32,000 nucleotides of DNA from Candidatus Saccharimonadota bacterium (GTDB lineage Bacteria > Patescibacteriota > Saccharimonadia > Saccharimonadales > UBA4665): NCBI GenBank assembly GCA_016699955.1, contig CP064993.1, forward strand, positions 450,001-482,000, read 5' to 3'. Below are positions 17,220-25,613 of this stretch, piece after piece. The notes beneath the pieces were generated by a model. That model worked only from the letters and a program-made list of their open reading frames with translations, ran no database searches and was not told the origin of the DNA. The position numbers and the translations under genes are program-made. Positions within the stretch are counted from its first letter, which is position 1. Each line of letters begins with the position of its first letter.

Positions 17220-17780
17220 TTAGACTAAGCTTTTTTGTATAATAATATCGAGTTGAGCGTATGTCTCTTCCGGTGCGTTATCGTTTAGCACAGTGTAATC
17301 AGCATTGGCTATAGGACCGCCTTTTTCAATATTTTCGATCTCGGCATACTCACGGGCAGTGGCCTGCTCTTCGTTAAGCGGGCGAACTGGACGACTAGCA
17401 AGTCGCGCATGACGAAGTTTGCGCTTGGCTGCTACGGCTATGACCAAGATGTTATCGCCGTATTTTTCCTTGAGAAGCTTGTATTCACTCCAACTGTATA
17501 GTCCATCGGCAACAATAACCTCATTGCCAGCGGTAGCCAATTCTTCTATCTTAGGGATCATTCTTTTTGCCATCACCGCTGGACCTTCGCTAGCACGCAG
17601 GGCTTCGCGCACCATTCTTTCATTCACTTCATTCACTTCAAGGTCTCGAGCTTTAACCTCGTCTACTGTGATCCCACCAAAATATACACTTGGCCAGCCC
17701 TTTTTCTCCAAATATTCAACACAAAGTCCTTTGCCAGCTCCAGGCATTCCTACCAGCGCAATTATTTTTACACCATTCAT
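17220..17780 (-). CDS. P-loop nucleotide/nucleoside kinase-like protein (dephospho-CoA kinase / UPF0200-like)
   Basis: Walker A VGMPGAGKG near the N-terminus, about 186 aa long, with the overall pattern of small NMP-kinase-fold proteins. Substrate cannot be assigned. TACAAT (17793-17788, minus strand) lies 7 nt before the ATG. Confidence 0.7.
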   Translation of the reverse strand: MNGVKIIALVGMPGAGKGLCVEYLEKKGWPSVYFGGITVDEVKARDLEVNEVNERMVREALRASEGPAVMAKRMIPKIEELATAGNEVIVADGLYSWSEYKLLKEKYGDNILVIAVAAKRKLRHARLASRPVRPLNEEQATAREYAEIENIEKGGPIANADYTVLNDNAPEETYAQLDIIIQKSLV

Positions 17781-17801
17781 ACGAAGTATTGTACCAGTTT
17801 G

Positions 17802-20621
17802 CTAAACTCTTTGCAGGTGTTTGCGGACTGTTTCGTGGCCGTGTCGGCTAAAGAGGGTGGCACGCGAGTGGTGCCCAGCGTGCAGGTGCAACTCGCGGAC
17901 AAATATAAAAATGACTGCCGCCAAAATGGCACAGAGCCAGTCCATAACGCCGAGCGGTGCGCTGCCGAAGTAGGTGTTTACGGGGCTGTAGATGATGAGC
18001 GAAACAAGCACTAGTGACAGTGCGTAGGCACCCCAGAGAGCGCGGTTGTGAAACTGGTACCGTGTAAAAAGGCCATGTTCGCTGCGCCGTTGCAAAATAT
18101 TAGCTAGCTGACAAAGCACAATGGTGAGGTACGTCATGCTCGTTGCCGCCATATGCAAGTCGCTGCCGGGTTCAATGAACGAAGCGGCGACGCCATTGCG
18201 CCAGTAGAACAGCAGGTAATTAGCAAAGGCTAGGCCACCCATCAGCACGCCTGCCCACACAAAATCGGTTATACTGACGCGGTTTAAAATGTGATGTTTC
18301 AAATTGCGTGGAGCTTCGCGCATAAGTTTTCCTTCGGCTTTATCACGACCAAGTGCCGCAAGGGGGAATATCTCCGCTATAAGGTCGATGGCGAGTATCT
18401 GCATGACCGTAATGGCGAGCGGTACATGAAACAGTGCTGCCGCAGCTAGGCTAGCGAGGTTGGCGGCAAGTTCGGCATAGTTGCTCGTAAAACAGCTGAC
18501 GGTTCCTTTTTGGATGTTGCGGAAAATGGTTCGCCCTTGTTGGACGGCACCGACCAGTGTGTGGAAGCTATCGTCTAGTAGTACGATATCGGCCGACTGT
18601 TTCGCCACGTCTGTGCCAGTGACGCCCATAGCAACACCTATATCGGCGCGTTTCAGAGCCGGCGCGTCATTTATGCCGTCGCCCGTAACGGCTACTACAA
18701 AGCCACTTTTTTGGGTGAGTTCGACAATACGCAGCTTATCTTCCGGCGCGACTCTGCTAAAGATGGTGCCACCGCGGCGCACGTGCTGCAAAATCTGCTC
18801 GTCGCTCAAGCCTGGCAAGTCTTCGCCTGCCACGACAACCAAGTGCTCAGGTTTATCGGCAAGCTTTGCTCGCACGGCAATCGCCCGGGCAGTCGCAGCA
18901 AAGTCGCCCGTTATGATAGATATTGCCATGTGAGCTTGTCGGGCAGCAACCATTGCAGCGGGGACCTCTTCGCGCAGCGGATCAATCATGCTCACCATGC
19001 CGAGGAAGGTCAGGTCTTGCTCAGCAATCTCCAGTGGTTGTTTGGTAGCGTCGAAGTCTTTTGGCAGCTCGCGGTAGGCAAGGGCAAGGTTCCGCTGGGC
19101 GTGCGTGGCGTGCGTTTCGTGGTACTCCAGCAGCCGCTTTCTGTCGTTTGCAGTCAGCTTGCGAGTTAAGCTGTGATCCCAGAGGCTTGTCGACAGCTCA
19201 ACAATGCTTTCCGGTGCACCTTTTACAAACAAGTACTGTTTGCCGTTATACTCACGCACACTACTCATGCGTTTGCGGGCAGAGTCAAAGGCGTACTCTT
19301 TACTCTCGGGGTGGACTTTATTTAGTTCGAGTGGGTCAACGCCGCCTTTCCGCGCAAGCGTTATGAGTGCCCCTTCTGTGGGGTCGCCTATGACGTGCCA
19401 CGTACCATGTTCATCGTCCGGCGGATTTACTTGGGCGTTACTGGCGAGAGCGGCGGCCTCAAATACAATACGTAGTTCCTCGAGCGTTTTACCTGGGATA
19501 GCTTTTCCGCCTATGTTCACGACAACCCCATTTGCTTCATAACCAGTACCTGTGACGGTGTATTCGGTCTTGCCGACGAGCAGCTGCTCTACGGTCATTT
19601 CGTTTTTTGTCAGCGTGCCGGTTTTATCGGTGAGGATAACGTTGGTCGCGCCCAGTGTTTCCACGGCGCTCAGTTTTTTCACGAGTGCCCGGGCGCGGGC
19701 AAGCTGTCCGGCAGCTCCGGCCAGCGCCGTGTTTATTTCTGCCGGTAAGCCCTGCGGAATCATAGAACTGGCAATGCCAATCGCGAAGAGCACAGCGTCT
19801 TTTATGCCGAGGTCAGCCGCAATAGCTATTGGCAGGAGAATGACACACAGTATGATGGTTCCCCAAGTGACTTTGGTAGCAATATTATTCATCTCCAGTT
19901 GCAGTGGGCTGAGCGTTTTTTTCGTTTCTTGGCTAAGGCTGGCGATACGGCCGAGTTCGGTGTGCATCCCAGTCGCAACGACCACGCCGTAACCTACGCC
20001 CGTCGCAACTGTTGTTCCCATATAGACAAGATTTTGACGCGAAGAAAGCGGCACATTGGAAGTAATAGCGTGCTTAAACTTGCGGGTAGGATTGCTTTCC
20101 CCGGTGAGAGCAAAGTCGTTTGTGCTCAGTTCATCCTCACTTAGGACACGGAGATCGGCCGGAACGCTATCGCCAGCCTCTATTCTCACCACGTCGCCGA
20201 CAACCAGCTCCGACGAAGCGATTTCTAGTTCTTTGCCACCGCGCAGCACTTTTGCTTTTGCGACGACCAGTTTTTCTAGGGATTCGATGAGCTTTTCGGC
20301 ATTGTACTCCTGGAGGTAGCCAATCATGGTGTTGAAAAACACGAGTGCCAGCAGCACACTCCCCGCGCGTTTGTCGCCGAGGTAAAAAGCCAGCACCGAG
20401 CTGGCTACGAGTAGTAAAATCATAAAATCTTTAAATTGACGCAAGTAAGCCAAGAACCGTGATTCTCTTTTTTTGACATTTAGCGCATTTGGCCCAAACT
20501 GCTCGTATCGTTCGGCCGCTTCGGCCGCCGAGAGACCGCGTTCGGTGCTATGTACCTGCGCTAAAACCTCATCGAGACTAAGCCGATAATAATGAAGATG
20601 CGTGTCTTCCACTCGTTCCAT
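17802..20621 (-). CDS. Cation-transporting P-type ATPase (type II-like)
   Basis: N-terminal cation-ATPase domain (GLSAAEAAERYEQFGPNAL), TGES, DKTGTLT, KGAPE and TGDGINDAPALKRADIGVAMG, with 10 TM-like segments. I prefer ATG 20621 (MERVED...) over the TTG at 20669. Confidence 0.94.
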   Translation of the reverse strand: MERVEDTHLHYYRLSLDEVLAQVHSTERGLSAAEAAERYEQFGPNALNVKKRESRFLAYLRQFKDFMILLLVASSVLAFYLGDKRAGSVLLALVFFNTMIGYLQEYNAEKLIESLEKLVVAKAKVLRGGKELEIASSELVVGDVVRIEAGDSVPADLRVLSEDELSTNDFALTGESNPTRKFKHAITSNVPLSSRQNLVYMGTTVATGVGYGVVVATGMHTELGRIASLSQETKKTLSPLQLEMNNIATKVTWGTIILCVILLPIAIAADLGIKDAVLFAIGIASSMIPQGLPAEINTALAGAAGQLARARALVKKLSAVETLGATNVILTDKTGTLTKNEMTVEQLLVGKTEYTVTGTGYEANGVVVNIGGKAIPGKTLEELRIVFEAAALASNAQVNPPDDEHGTWHVIGDPTEGALITLARKGGVDPLELNKVHPESKEYAFDSARKRMSSVREYNGKQYLFVKGAPESIVELSTSLWDHSLTRKLTANDRKRLLEYHETHATHAQRNLALAYRELPKDFDATKQPLEIAEQDLTFLGMVSMIDPLREEVPAAMVAARQAHMAISIITGDFAATARAIAVRAKLADKPEHLVVVAGEDLPGLSDEQILQHVRRGGTIFSRVAPEDKLRIVELTQKSGFVVAVTGDGINDAPALKRADIGVAMGVTGTDVAKQSADIVLLDDSFHTLVGAVQQGRTIFRNIQKGTVSCFTSNYAELAANLASLAAAALFHVPLAITVMQILAIDLIAEIFPLAALGRDKAEGKLMREAPRNLKHHILNRVSITDFVWAGVLMGGLAFANYLLFYWRNGVAASFIEPGSDLHMAATSMTYLTIVLCQLANILQRRSEHGLFTRYQFHNRALWGAYALSLVLVSLIIYSPVNTYFGSAPLGVMDWLCAILAAVIFIFVRELHLHAGHHSRATLFSRHGHETVRKHLQRV

Positions 20622-20662
20622 GCCTATAAGTATAAGCTTTTTCCCCTGTAACCGTAAGGGTA

Positions 20663-20691
20663 TTGACAAACCGAGTAAATAGTACTATACT
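20663..20691 (+). promoter_or_regulatory. Near-consensus sigma-70-type promoter
   Basis: TTGACA (20663-20668), exactly 17 nt, then TATACT (20686-20691). A ~25-nt leader with AAGGAAG precedes ATG 20723. Confidence 0.65.
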
Positions 20692-20722
20692 TCTGTTAGA
20701 AATATTACATAAAAGGAAGAAT

Positions 20723-20908
20723 ATGCGACAAAATCCATTCTTTAAAATGAACCCAGAGGAACAACGAATAGCTGCGAAAGCATTCGAGGCAATGCATCCC
20801 ATATTAACTTTCGAAGAATACACAGCTTTCATGCGCCCACAAGCTAGGCGAAGATTTGGCAGCTGGCGTCCCCGCTGTAGCTGCAACGGTAACTTCAACT
20901 GTTTCTAG
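20723..20908 (+). CDS. Small hypothetical protein (61 aa) with a Cys-rich C-terminus
   Basis: ATG follows an SD-like AAGGAAG and the consensus promoter. MRQNPFFKMNPEEQRIAAKAFEAMHPILTFEEYTAFMRPQARRRFGSWRPRCSCNGNFNCF. No family recognised. Confidence 0.4.
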   Translation: MRQNPFFKMNPEEQRIAAKAFEAMHPILTFEEYTAFMRPQARRRFGSWRPRCSCNGNFNCF

Positions 20909-21151
20909 TGAGGTACTTGCGCATGGTGTAACAAATGTTACTGACGGCGCTCCCTCCGCTCCAACGCAACAGGTGCGTACAATTTCTCGTGGCACAATAC
21001 CGGCACCTAACCCAGACTTTCGCCTGGGTTAGTCCGTAAGTGAAGAGTACCAGCGTACACGTGTTTTACTTCACGCTTTGCCAAATTTTGGCACTAAACA
21101 CGGTACCCGGGCTGGTAGGGTGTTTAGGGTTTGCGTATTAATCTCAGCTCG

Positions 21152-21240
21152 GTGTAGGCGCCACTACTAGCGGTTTAGGCGTTAGGCGAGCGAGCCGGCT
21201 CCTTAATAACTGAGCGTTTACGCCTCGTTCAAGTTTTTAT
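21152..21240 (+). repeat. Dispersed intergenic repeat, copy A
   Basis: In my hand alignment with 25501-25587, 62 of about 85 columns are identical (gtgta.g..cc.ct..tagcgg..ttaggcg.tagg.gagcgagcc...ataact...ttacgcc..gttc..gtt). Confidence 0.7.
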
Positions 21241-21417
21241 GCTCATGTATTTTTTCCGTTCCAGTACATCGTCTGCGCCTCTTTACTGTGCTGCTGCGAT
21301 ACCGCTCCTTACGCTTTTTGAGGAGAAGATGCGTGATGTGAGCTTTTGGAACGCGAAATGTGTGACAGATAAAGCCTGAGCCGACATACCGACAAAAGTC
21401 GAGTATACTTGAAGTAT

Positions 21418-24063
21418 ATGAAGAAACGTTTAGCTATCATCGACGGCAAGTCTGTTTTTTACCGTGGGTACTATGCTATGCCTAATTTAAGCACTAAAGA
21501 TGGTACCCCGACTGGTGGGGTGTTTGGGTTTGCTACTATGGCGCTGGAGGTTATCAAACGGCTCAAGCCTGATTACGTGGCAGTGGCGTGGGATAAGCCC
21601 AAGACAAACATCCGCTCACGGCTCGCGATATACCCTGAGTACAAAGCTGGTCGCAAGCCAGCCCCACCCGATTTTTACGAACAAATTCCGGTGTTGCACG
21701 AACTACTCGAAGCCTTTGGCTGGCCGTTATATGAGCTAGATGATTACGAGGCAGATGACATTATGGCCACCTTGGCCGTCAAGGCAGCCAAAAAAGACAT
21801 TGAAACGCTGCTTATTACCTCAGATATGGACGCACTACAGTGTGTTGGTTCGCACACGAAGATGTTTCGGCTCAAGAAGGGTTTGAGTGACATTGAATTG
21901 TACTCGCCAGAGTCATTTACGGCAAAATACGCTATTGAACCTGAACAATTTTTGGACCTTAAATCACTAAAAGGCGACTCATCCGATAACATTCCGGGTG
22001 TGCCGGGGATAGGCGAAAAGACAGCCATACAACTACTGCAAGACTACAAAACTCTCGACGGTGTGTACGAAAACCTGTGGCAGGTTAAAGACTCGGTACG
22101 TAAAAAACTTGAGGCAGGCAAGAAGAGTGCCTACATGAGCAAAAAGTTGGCAGCGCTTTGGACGGACGCTCCGGTGCCGCTTGATTTGGAGCGCATGGAT
22201 GGGCACGTCGGGGCAGACGCCGAACGGATTTTGCATTTGTTTGAAAAGCTTGAGTTTCGCTCGCTTGCCCGGCAAGTTCCTGAGGTGCTTCATGTGGATT
22301 TGTATAATCATGAATCGGGAATTATGAATCAGGGAATTAAGGTCGGAGAAAACCGGATTATTGATACCGAGGTTAAGCTCGCCGAAGTAAAAATGCCATC
22401 TCGGGCGGAAGTAGTAGTTTATGGTCGCTCGGCAGGCGTGGCTGGCCGCGATCCTAGGGTACTGATTGTGTCGGCTGACGACAAACTTACCTACGCCTTT
22501 GACCTAAGCAAAATATCGCTTAACGCGCACCTCTTAACTCTTATCTCTGAAGCAAAGCTTGTGGGATACGACGTGAAATCCAGCTTGAAGACACTGCTTG
22601 GTATGGGTGTAACCGAGCTTCCGGAGGTGGCTCATGACGTGCTTGTAGCAGCATTTATACTAAATAGTCTGATACGCGCACAGTCTCTCACCGACTTAGC
22701 CACAGATGTGCTGGGCTACGAGGGATCTTCTTTTGAAAATTTGAGTGACGAGGAGTTACTTGGGCGGGGTGCAGAGATTGCAGCCGTCACGCGGGCAATA
22801 ATGGCACGGCAACGTTCAGAAATGGCTGAAAATACTACATTTCAAAGTCTTAACTCTACTGTAGATATGCCGGTAATTCCGGTGCTTGCGCGTATGGAAT
22901 ACACCGGAATACAGTTGGATACGCTGTATCTTGCCCAGTTTTCTGAACAAATTGAAGACACTATATCTGACCTTGAACAAGAAATTTACGGGCACGCCGA
23001 CCATGAGTTCAATATCGCCAGCCCAGCACAGCTCGCAGATATTCTGTTTGTAAAACTTGGGTTGCCAACCCAGGGTATTAAGCGAGGTAAAACTGGTTAC
23101 AGCACGGCGGCAAGCGAGCTCGATAAACTTCGTCCGGCACATCCCATCATTGACCTCATCAGCCAGTACCGCGAAGTGACAAAGCTCAAAAACACGTACG
23201 TCGATACGCTGCCTAAACTGGTTGATGGTCATGGCCGCGTACATACCACTTTCAACCTTACTATTGCTCAAACGGGACGGCTCAGCAGCACTGACCCGAA
23301 CTTACAAAACATACCAGTGCGCACCGAGCTTGGTAAACACATACGGGCTGCATTTGTAGCGGGGAAGGGCAGAAAGTTTGTCAGTGCCGACTACAGCCAG
23401 TTTGAGTTGCGGCTGGCGGCAGCCATGAGCGGAGATAGTGAGATGGTAGATATGTTTAATCGTGGGGCAGACATACATGTTCAGACCGCTGCGCAAATAT
23501 ATGGGCGTAGTCCCGAAGACGTTACAAAACAGATGCGCTCAGCGGTAAAAGCCATAAACTTTGGTGTGCTATACGGTATGAGTCCGCACGGGCTTGCGGC
23601 GGCTACGGGCATGACGTTTGGCCAGGCAAAAGTATTCATTGATGAGTACTTCAAGCTGCGGGCGCCTTTGCTTGGCTATCTCGATGGGCTCAAAGAGCAG
23701 GCACGCAAAGACGGTTATGTCGAAACACTACTTGGGCGGCGGCGGCCGATGCCGGACATCCATTCGTCTAATTTTGTTGTTCGACAGGCCGCCGAACGCG
23801 CCGCCATGAATATGCCTATACAGGGCACAGAAGCAGATCTGATGAAGCTAGCGATGGTTGCGGTGGACAAAAAATTGGCGGCGAATGTTCCGAGTGCTCA
23901 GCAACTTTTGCAAATTCACGATTCTATACTCATTGAATGCGCCCAAGAAGATGCAGAAACAGTTGCCGGGATACTCAAAGCAACTATGGAGGCCATCCGT
24001 CCAGACCTTTCGGTCAAACTTGCCGTCGATACCTCTATAGGCGACAACTGGGGCGAACTTTAG
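21418..24063 (+). CDS. polA: DNA polymerase I (5'-nuclease + vestigial 3'-5' exo + polymerase domains)
   Basis: 5' nuclease (LAIIDGKSVFYRGYYA, GDSSDNIPGVPGIGEKTA). Polymerase motif A (FVSADYSQFELRLAA), motif B (RSAVKAINFGVLYGMS) and motif C (LLQIHDSILIE). The Exo I position reads VVVYGRSAG with no D-x-E. I prefer ATG 21418; TTG 21409 opens the ORF. Confidence 0.96.
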   Translation: MKKRLAIIDGKSVFYRGYYAMPNLSTKDGTPTGGVFGFATMALEVIKRLKPDYVAVAWDKPKTNIRSRLAIYPEYKAGRKPAPPDFYEQIPVLHELLEAFGWPLYELDDYEADDIMATLAVKAAKKDIETLLITSDMDALQCVGSHTKMFRLKKGLSDIELYSPESFTAKYAIEPEQFLDLKSLKGDSSDNIPGVPGIGEKTAIQLLQDYKTLDGVYENLWQVKDSVRKKLEAGKKSAYMSKKLAALWTDAPVPLDLERMDGHVGADAERILHLFEKLEFRSLARQVPEVLHVDLYNHESGIMNQGIKVGENRIIDTEVKLAEVKMPSRAEVVVYGRSAGVAGRDPRVLIVSADDKLTYAFDLSKISLNAHLLTLISEAKLVGYDVKSSLKTLLGMGVTELPEVAHDVLVAAFILNSLIRAQSLTDLATDVLGYEGSSFENLSDEELLGRGAEIAAVTRAIMARQRSEMAENTTFQSLNSTVDMPVIPVLARMEYTGIQLDTLYLAQFSEQIEDTISDLEQEIYGHADHEFNIASPAQLADILFVKLGLPTQGIKRGKTGYSTAASELDKLRPAHPIIDLISQYREVTKLKNTYVDTLPKLVDGHGRVHTTFNLTIAQTGRLSSTDPNLQNIPVRTELGKHIRAAFVAGKGRKFVSADYSQFELRLAAAMSGDSEMVDMFNRGADIHVQTAAQIYGRSPEDVTKQMRSAVKAINFGVLYGMSPHGLAAATGMTFGQAKVFIDEYFKLRAPLLGYLDGLKEQARKDGYVETLLGRRRPMPDIHSSNFVVRQAAERAAMNMPIQGTEADLMKLAMVAVDKKLAANVPSAQQLLQIHDSILIECAQEDAETVAGILKATMEAIRPDLSVKLAVDTSIGDNWGEL

Positions 24064-24725
24064 TGAACCTGTACTCTCCTAGTGAAGAATTTGGACTTAG
24101 TTTGTTGCGGGGTACCGACTGCTCTGTTCTGAGTATAGGTATTTCCACTGCAGGTGCCTCGGAGATTAGAATGGCCCAAAAAGAAAGTGGTAGACATATT
24201 ATTGCCACAACCATTGATAAAACTGGCGCAGAACAAACGATTAAAACCATTGCTAGCGCGGGTTTTAGTGACCAAATAGAAGTAAGAGTTGAGGATATAG
24301 CAAGTAGTGAACTGCCATACGAGGCTGAAAGTTTTGATTTTGTTTACGCGCGTCTCGTTCTCCATTATCTTACAAGGCAACAACTTGAGATAGCGATAAA
24401 GAATGTCAGCCGTATTATTCGTAAAACAGGGGTGTTTTATATTGTAGTTCGTTCAACGCAGTGCATTGAAGCGAAAGACCCTAGCTCTGTTTTTGATCCA
24501 GAGACTTGCCTAACGACATATAAAACGATTGATTATCCGCATGCAACCGCTCAACGATATTTTCATTCAGATGGATCAATTTCTGACGTGCTCCAGCGAC
24601 ACGGCTTCGTGGTTCAGTCAATTAGTCATGTTTCAGAAGCGCTTGCCCCTGGTTTTGAACGCGATAAGCTTGCATCTCACAAGGACGATCTTATACAAAT
24701 TAGTGCAAGCAAGTCTGATGTTTGA
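24063..24725 (+). CDS. Class I SAM-dependent methyltransferase (small-molecule type)
   Basis: VLSIGISTAG (motif I variant), an acidic residue after beta-2 (ATTID), and FDFVYARLVLHYL with IIRKTGVFYIV (post-I to III). No DNA-methyltransferase motifs (DPPY/NPPY/PC-Q). GTG 24063 overlaps the polA stop by 1 nt. The track ORF upstream part (23937-24062) lies inside polA. Confidence 0.78.
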   Translation: MNLYSPSEEFGLSLLRGTDCSVLSIGISTAGASEIRMAQKESGRHIIATTIDKTGAEQTIKTIASAGFSDQIEVRVEDIASSELPYEAESFDFVYARLVLHYLTRQQLEIAIKNVSRIIRKTGVFYIVVRSTQCIEAKDPSSVFDPETCLTTYKTIDYPHATAQRYFHSDGSISDVLQRHGFVVQSISHVSEALAPGFERDKLASHKDDLIQISASKSDV

Positions 24726-24755
24726 TATGATGGCGAATTATAGGGTATAAGTTAT

Positions 24756-25325
24756 GTGTTTTTGGCGGCAAGGCTTATGATATTTGCTAGAGAAAGTTTG
24801 GTTCTGGGGGCGGCGGTTATGGTGCCGGTGCTGTGGTATGTGTTTCGTCGAGAGCGGTTTGGGAAGTTTTGGTCTATAAGCTTGCACGCTTCGGCGCACT
24901 CCGACAGCACTAAGGCTTTTGGCACCGGACTTCTGGCTGCGAGTGTACTACTGGCGGTGTACTTTCAAAGTTGGCTTATACCAAAGTACGATTATGGCTG
25001 GCCAATTCGTTTGGCACTCTGGGCAGCAGTAGTTTGTTTAGTGTGCCTGGCGCTTGTGCCACACTATGAGGGCAGATGGCAGGGCAGGGTGCACGCGTTC
25101 ACTTCGTGGGTAATGGTGGTGCTGATGTCGCTGACGCTGCTACTGCAAGCTGTTTATAGCTGGTATGCAGCGGAAAGCTTACTGGCCCTCGCAGGGTTTA
25201 TTGTGCAAATGACGTTACTCGCAGTTTTTTACGGTGTACAAGGGATGTATGCAAAGTTTGCACTATTTCAAGGTATGTATATATCGGTCTATTTTTTGTG
25301 CATTGGAGTCCTTGGTTATATCTAA
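24756..25325 (+). CDS. Hypothetical multi-pass membrane protein
   Basis: 189-aa ORF with about 5-6 hydrophobic helices. The start is uncertain (GTG 24756 or ATG 24777). Confidence 0.65.
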   Translation: MFLAARLMIFARESLVLGAAVMVPVLWYVFRRERFGKFWSISLHASAHSDSTKAFGTGLLAASVLLAVYFQSWLIPKYDYGWPIRLALWAAVVCLVCLALVPHYEGRWQGRVHAFTSWVMVVLMSLTLLLQAVYSWYAAESLLALAGFIVQMTLLAVFYGVQGMYAKFALFQGMYISVYFLCIGVLGYI

Positions 25326-25331
25326 CCCTAG

Positions 25332-25501
25332 CTTAAGACGTATTGCAAAATAACCCCGCAGTCCAGGCGGTGCTCTTGTTGCCTCACACTGAGTCAAAGC
25401 CTCCTCACCGTAATCCCCGGTTACGCTTCGTCTTCTTTGATCACCGTGGAACAACAATCACCACGTTCTGATTCTACGGGTTATTTTGCAGAGGTCTTAA
25501 G
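25332..25501 (+). other. 170-nt rod-like imperfect hairpin (candidate structured RNA or palindromic repeat element)
   Basis: Six nested helices: 25332-39/25494-501 (8 bp), 25345-56/25478-89 (12 bp), 25369-72/25459-62, 25376-81/25452-57, 25394-99/25435-40, 25409-13/25421-25. The outer arms end in AAAATAACCCC/GGGTTATTTT, like the termini of the repeat family. Confidence 0.55.
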
Positions 25502-25587
25502 TGTAAGTACCGCTGTTAGCGGCCTTAGGCGATAGGTGAGCGAGCCCGTCGCTTTATAACTCGGTGCTTACGCCGAGTTCGGGTTAT
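25501..25587 (+). repeat. Dispersed intergenic repeat, copy B2
   Basis: gtgtaagtaccgctgttagcggccttaggcgataggtgagcgagcccgtcgctttataactcggtgcttacgccgagttcgggttat. Local hairpins ccgct/agcgg, gagcga/tcgctt and actcgg/ccgagt. Aligns with 21152-21240, 4409-4478 and the minus strand of 8958-9066. Confidence 0.7.
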
Positions 25588-25613
25588 CTAGCCATGCTGC
25601 TAGAATGTAAGGC

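Noticed and set aside
18481-20319. Chain of 81-152-aa plus-strand ORFs
   Set aside because: All lie inside the 940-aa P-type ATPase gene on the opposite strand. They are low-complexity shadow ORFs.
21094-21127. CCCGGGCTGG..AGGGTG reminiscent of the RNase P GUCCGGGCUCCAUAGGG segment
   Set aside because: The invariant GAAAGUCC is missing, as are all other RNase P conserved regions. The similar string at 9049-9060 shows it belongs to the repeat family.
23937-24062. N-terminal extension of the methyltransferase ORF
   Set aside because: It lies within polA in another frame. The methyltransferase fold begins after GTG 24063.
25263-25457. 64-aa minus-strand ORF in the hairpin spacer
   Set aside because: It overlaps the 3' end of the membrane-protein gene and the nested-helix region. 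It has no start context.
25332-25501. Possibility that the 170-nt hairpin is 6S RNA, SRP RNA, RNase P RNA or tmRNA
   Set aside because: I could not find the SRP domain-IV motif (GGAA...AGCAG), the RNase P GAGGAAAGUCC/P4 motifs, or a tmRNA tRNA-like end. 6S cannot be excluded on shape alone, but the arms share sequence with the dispersed repeat. I therefore report it only as an unclassified structure.
25569-25587. GAGTTCGGGTTAT resembles a tRNA T-arm
   Set aside because: No acceptor stem, anticodon arm or D-arm can be built around it, and the same string recurs as the repeat terminus.
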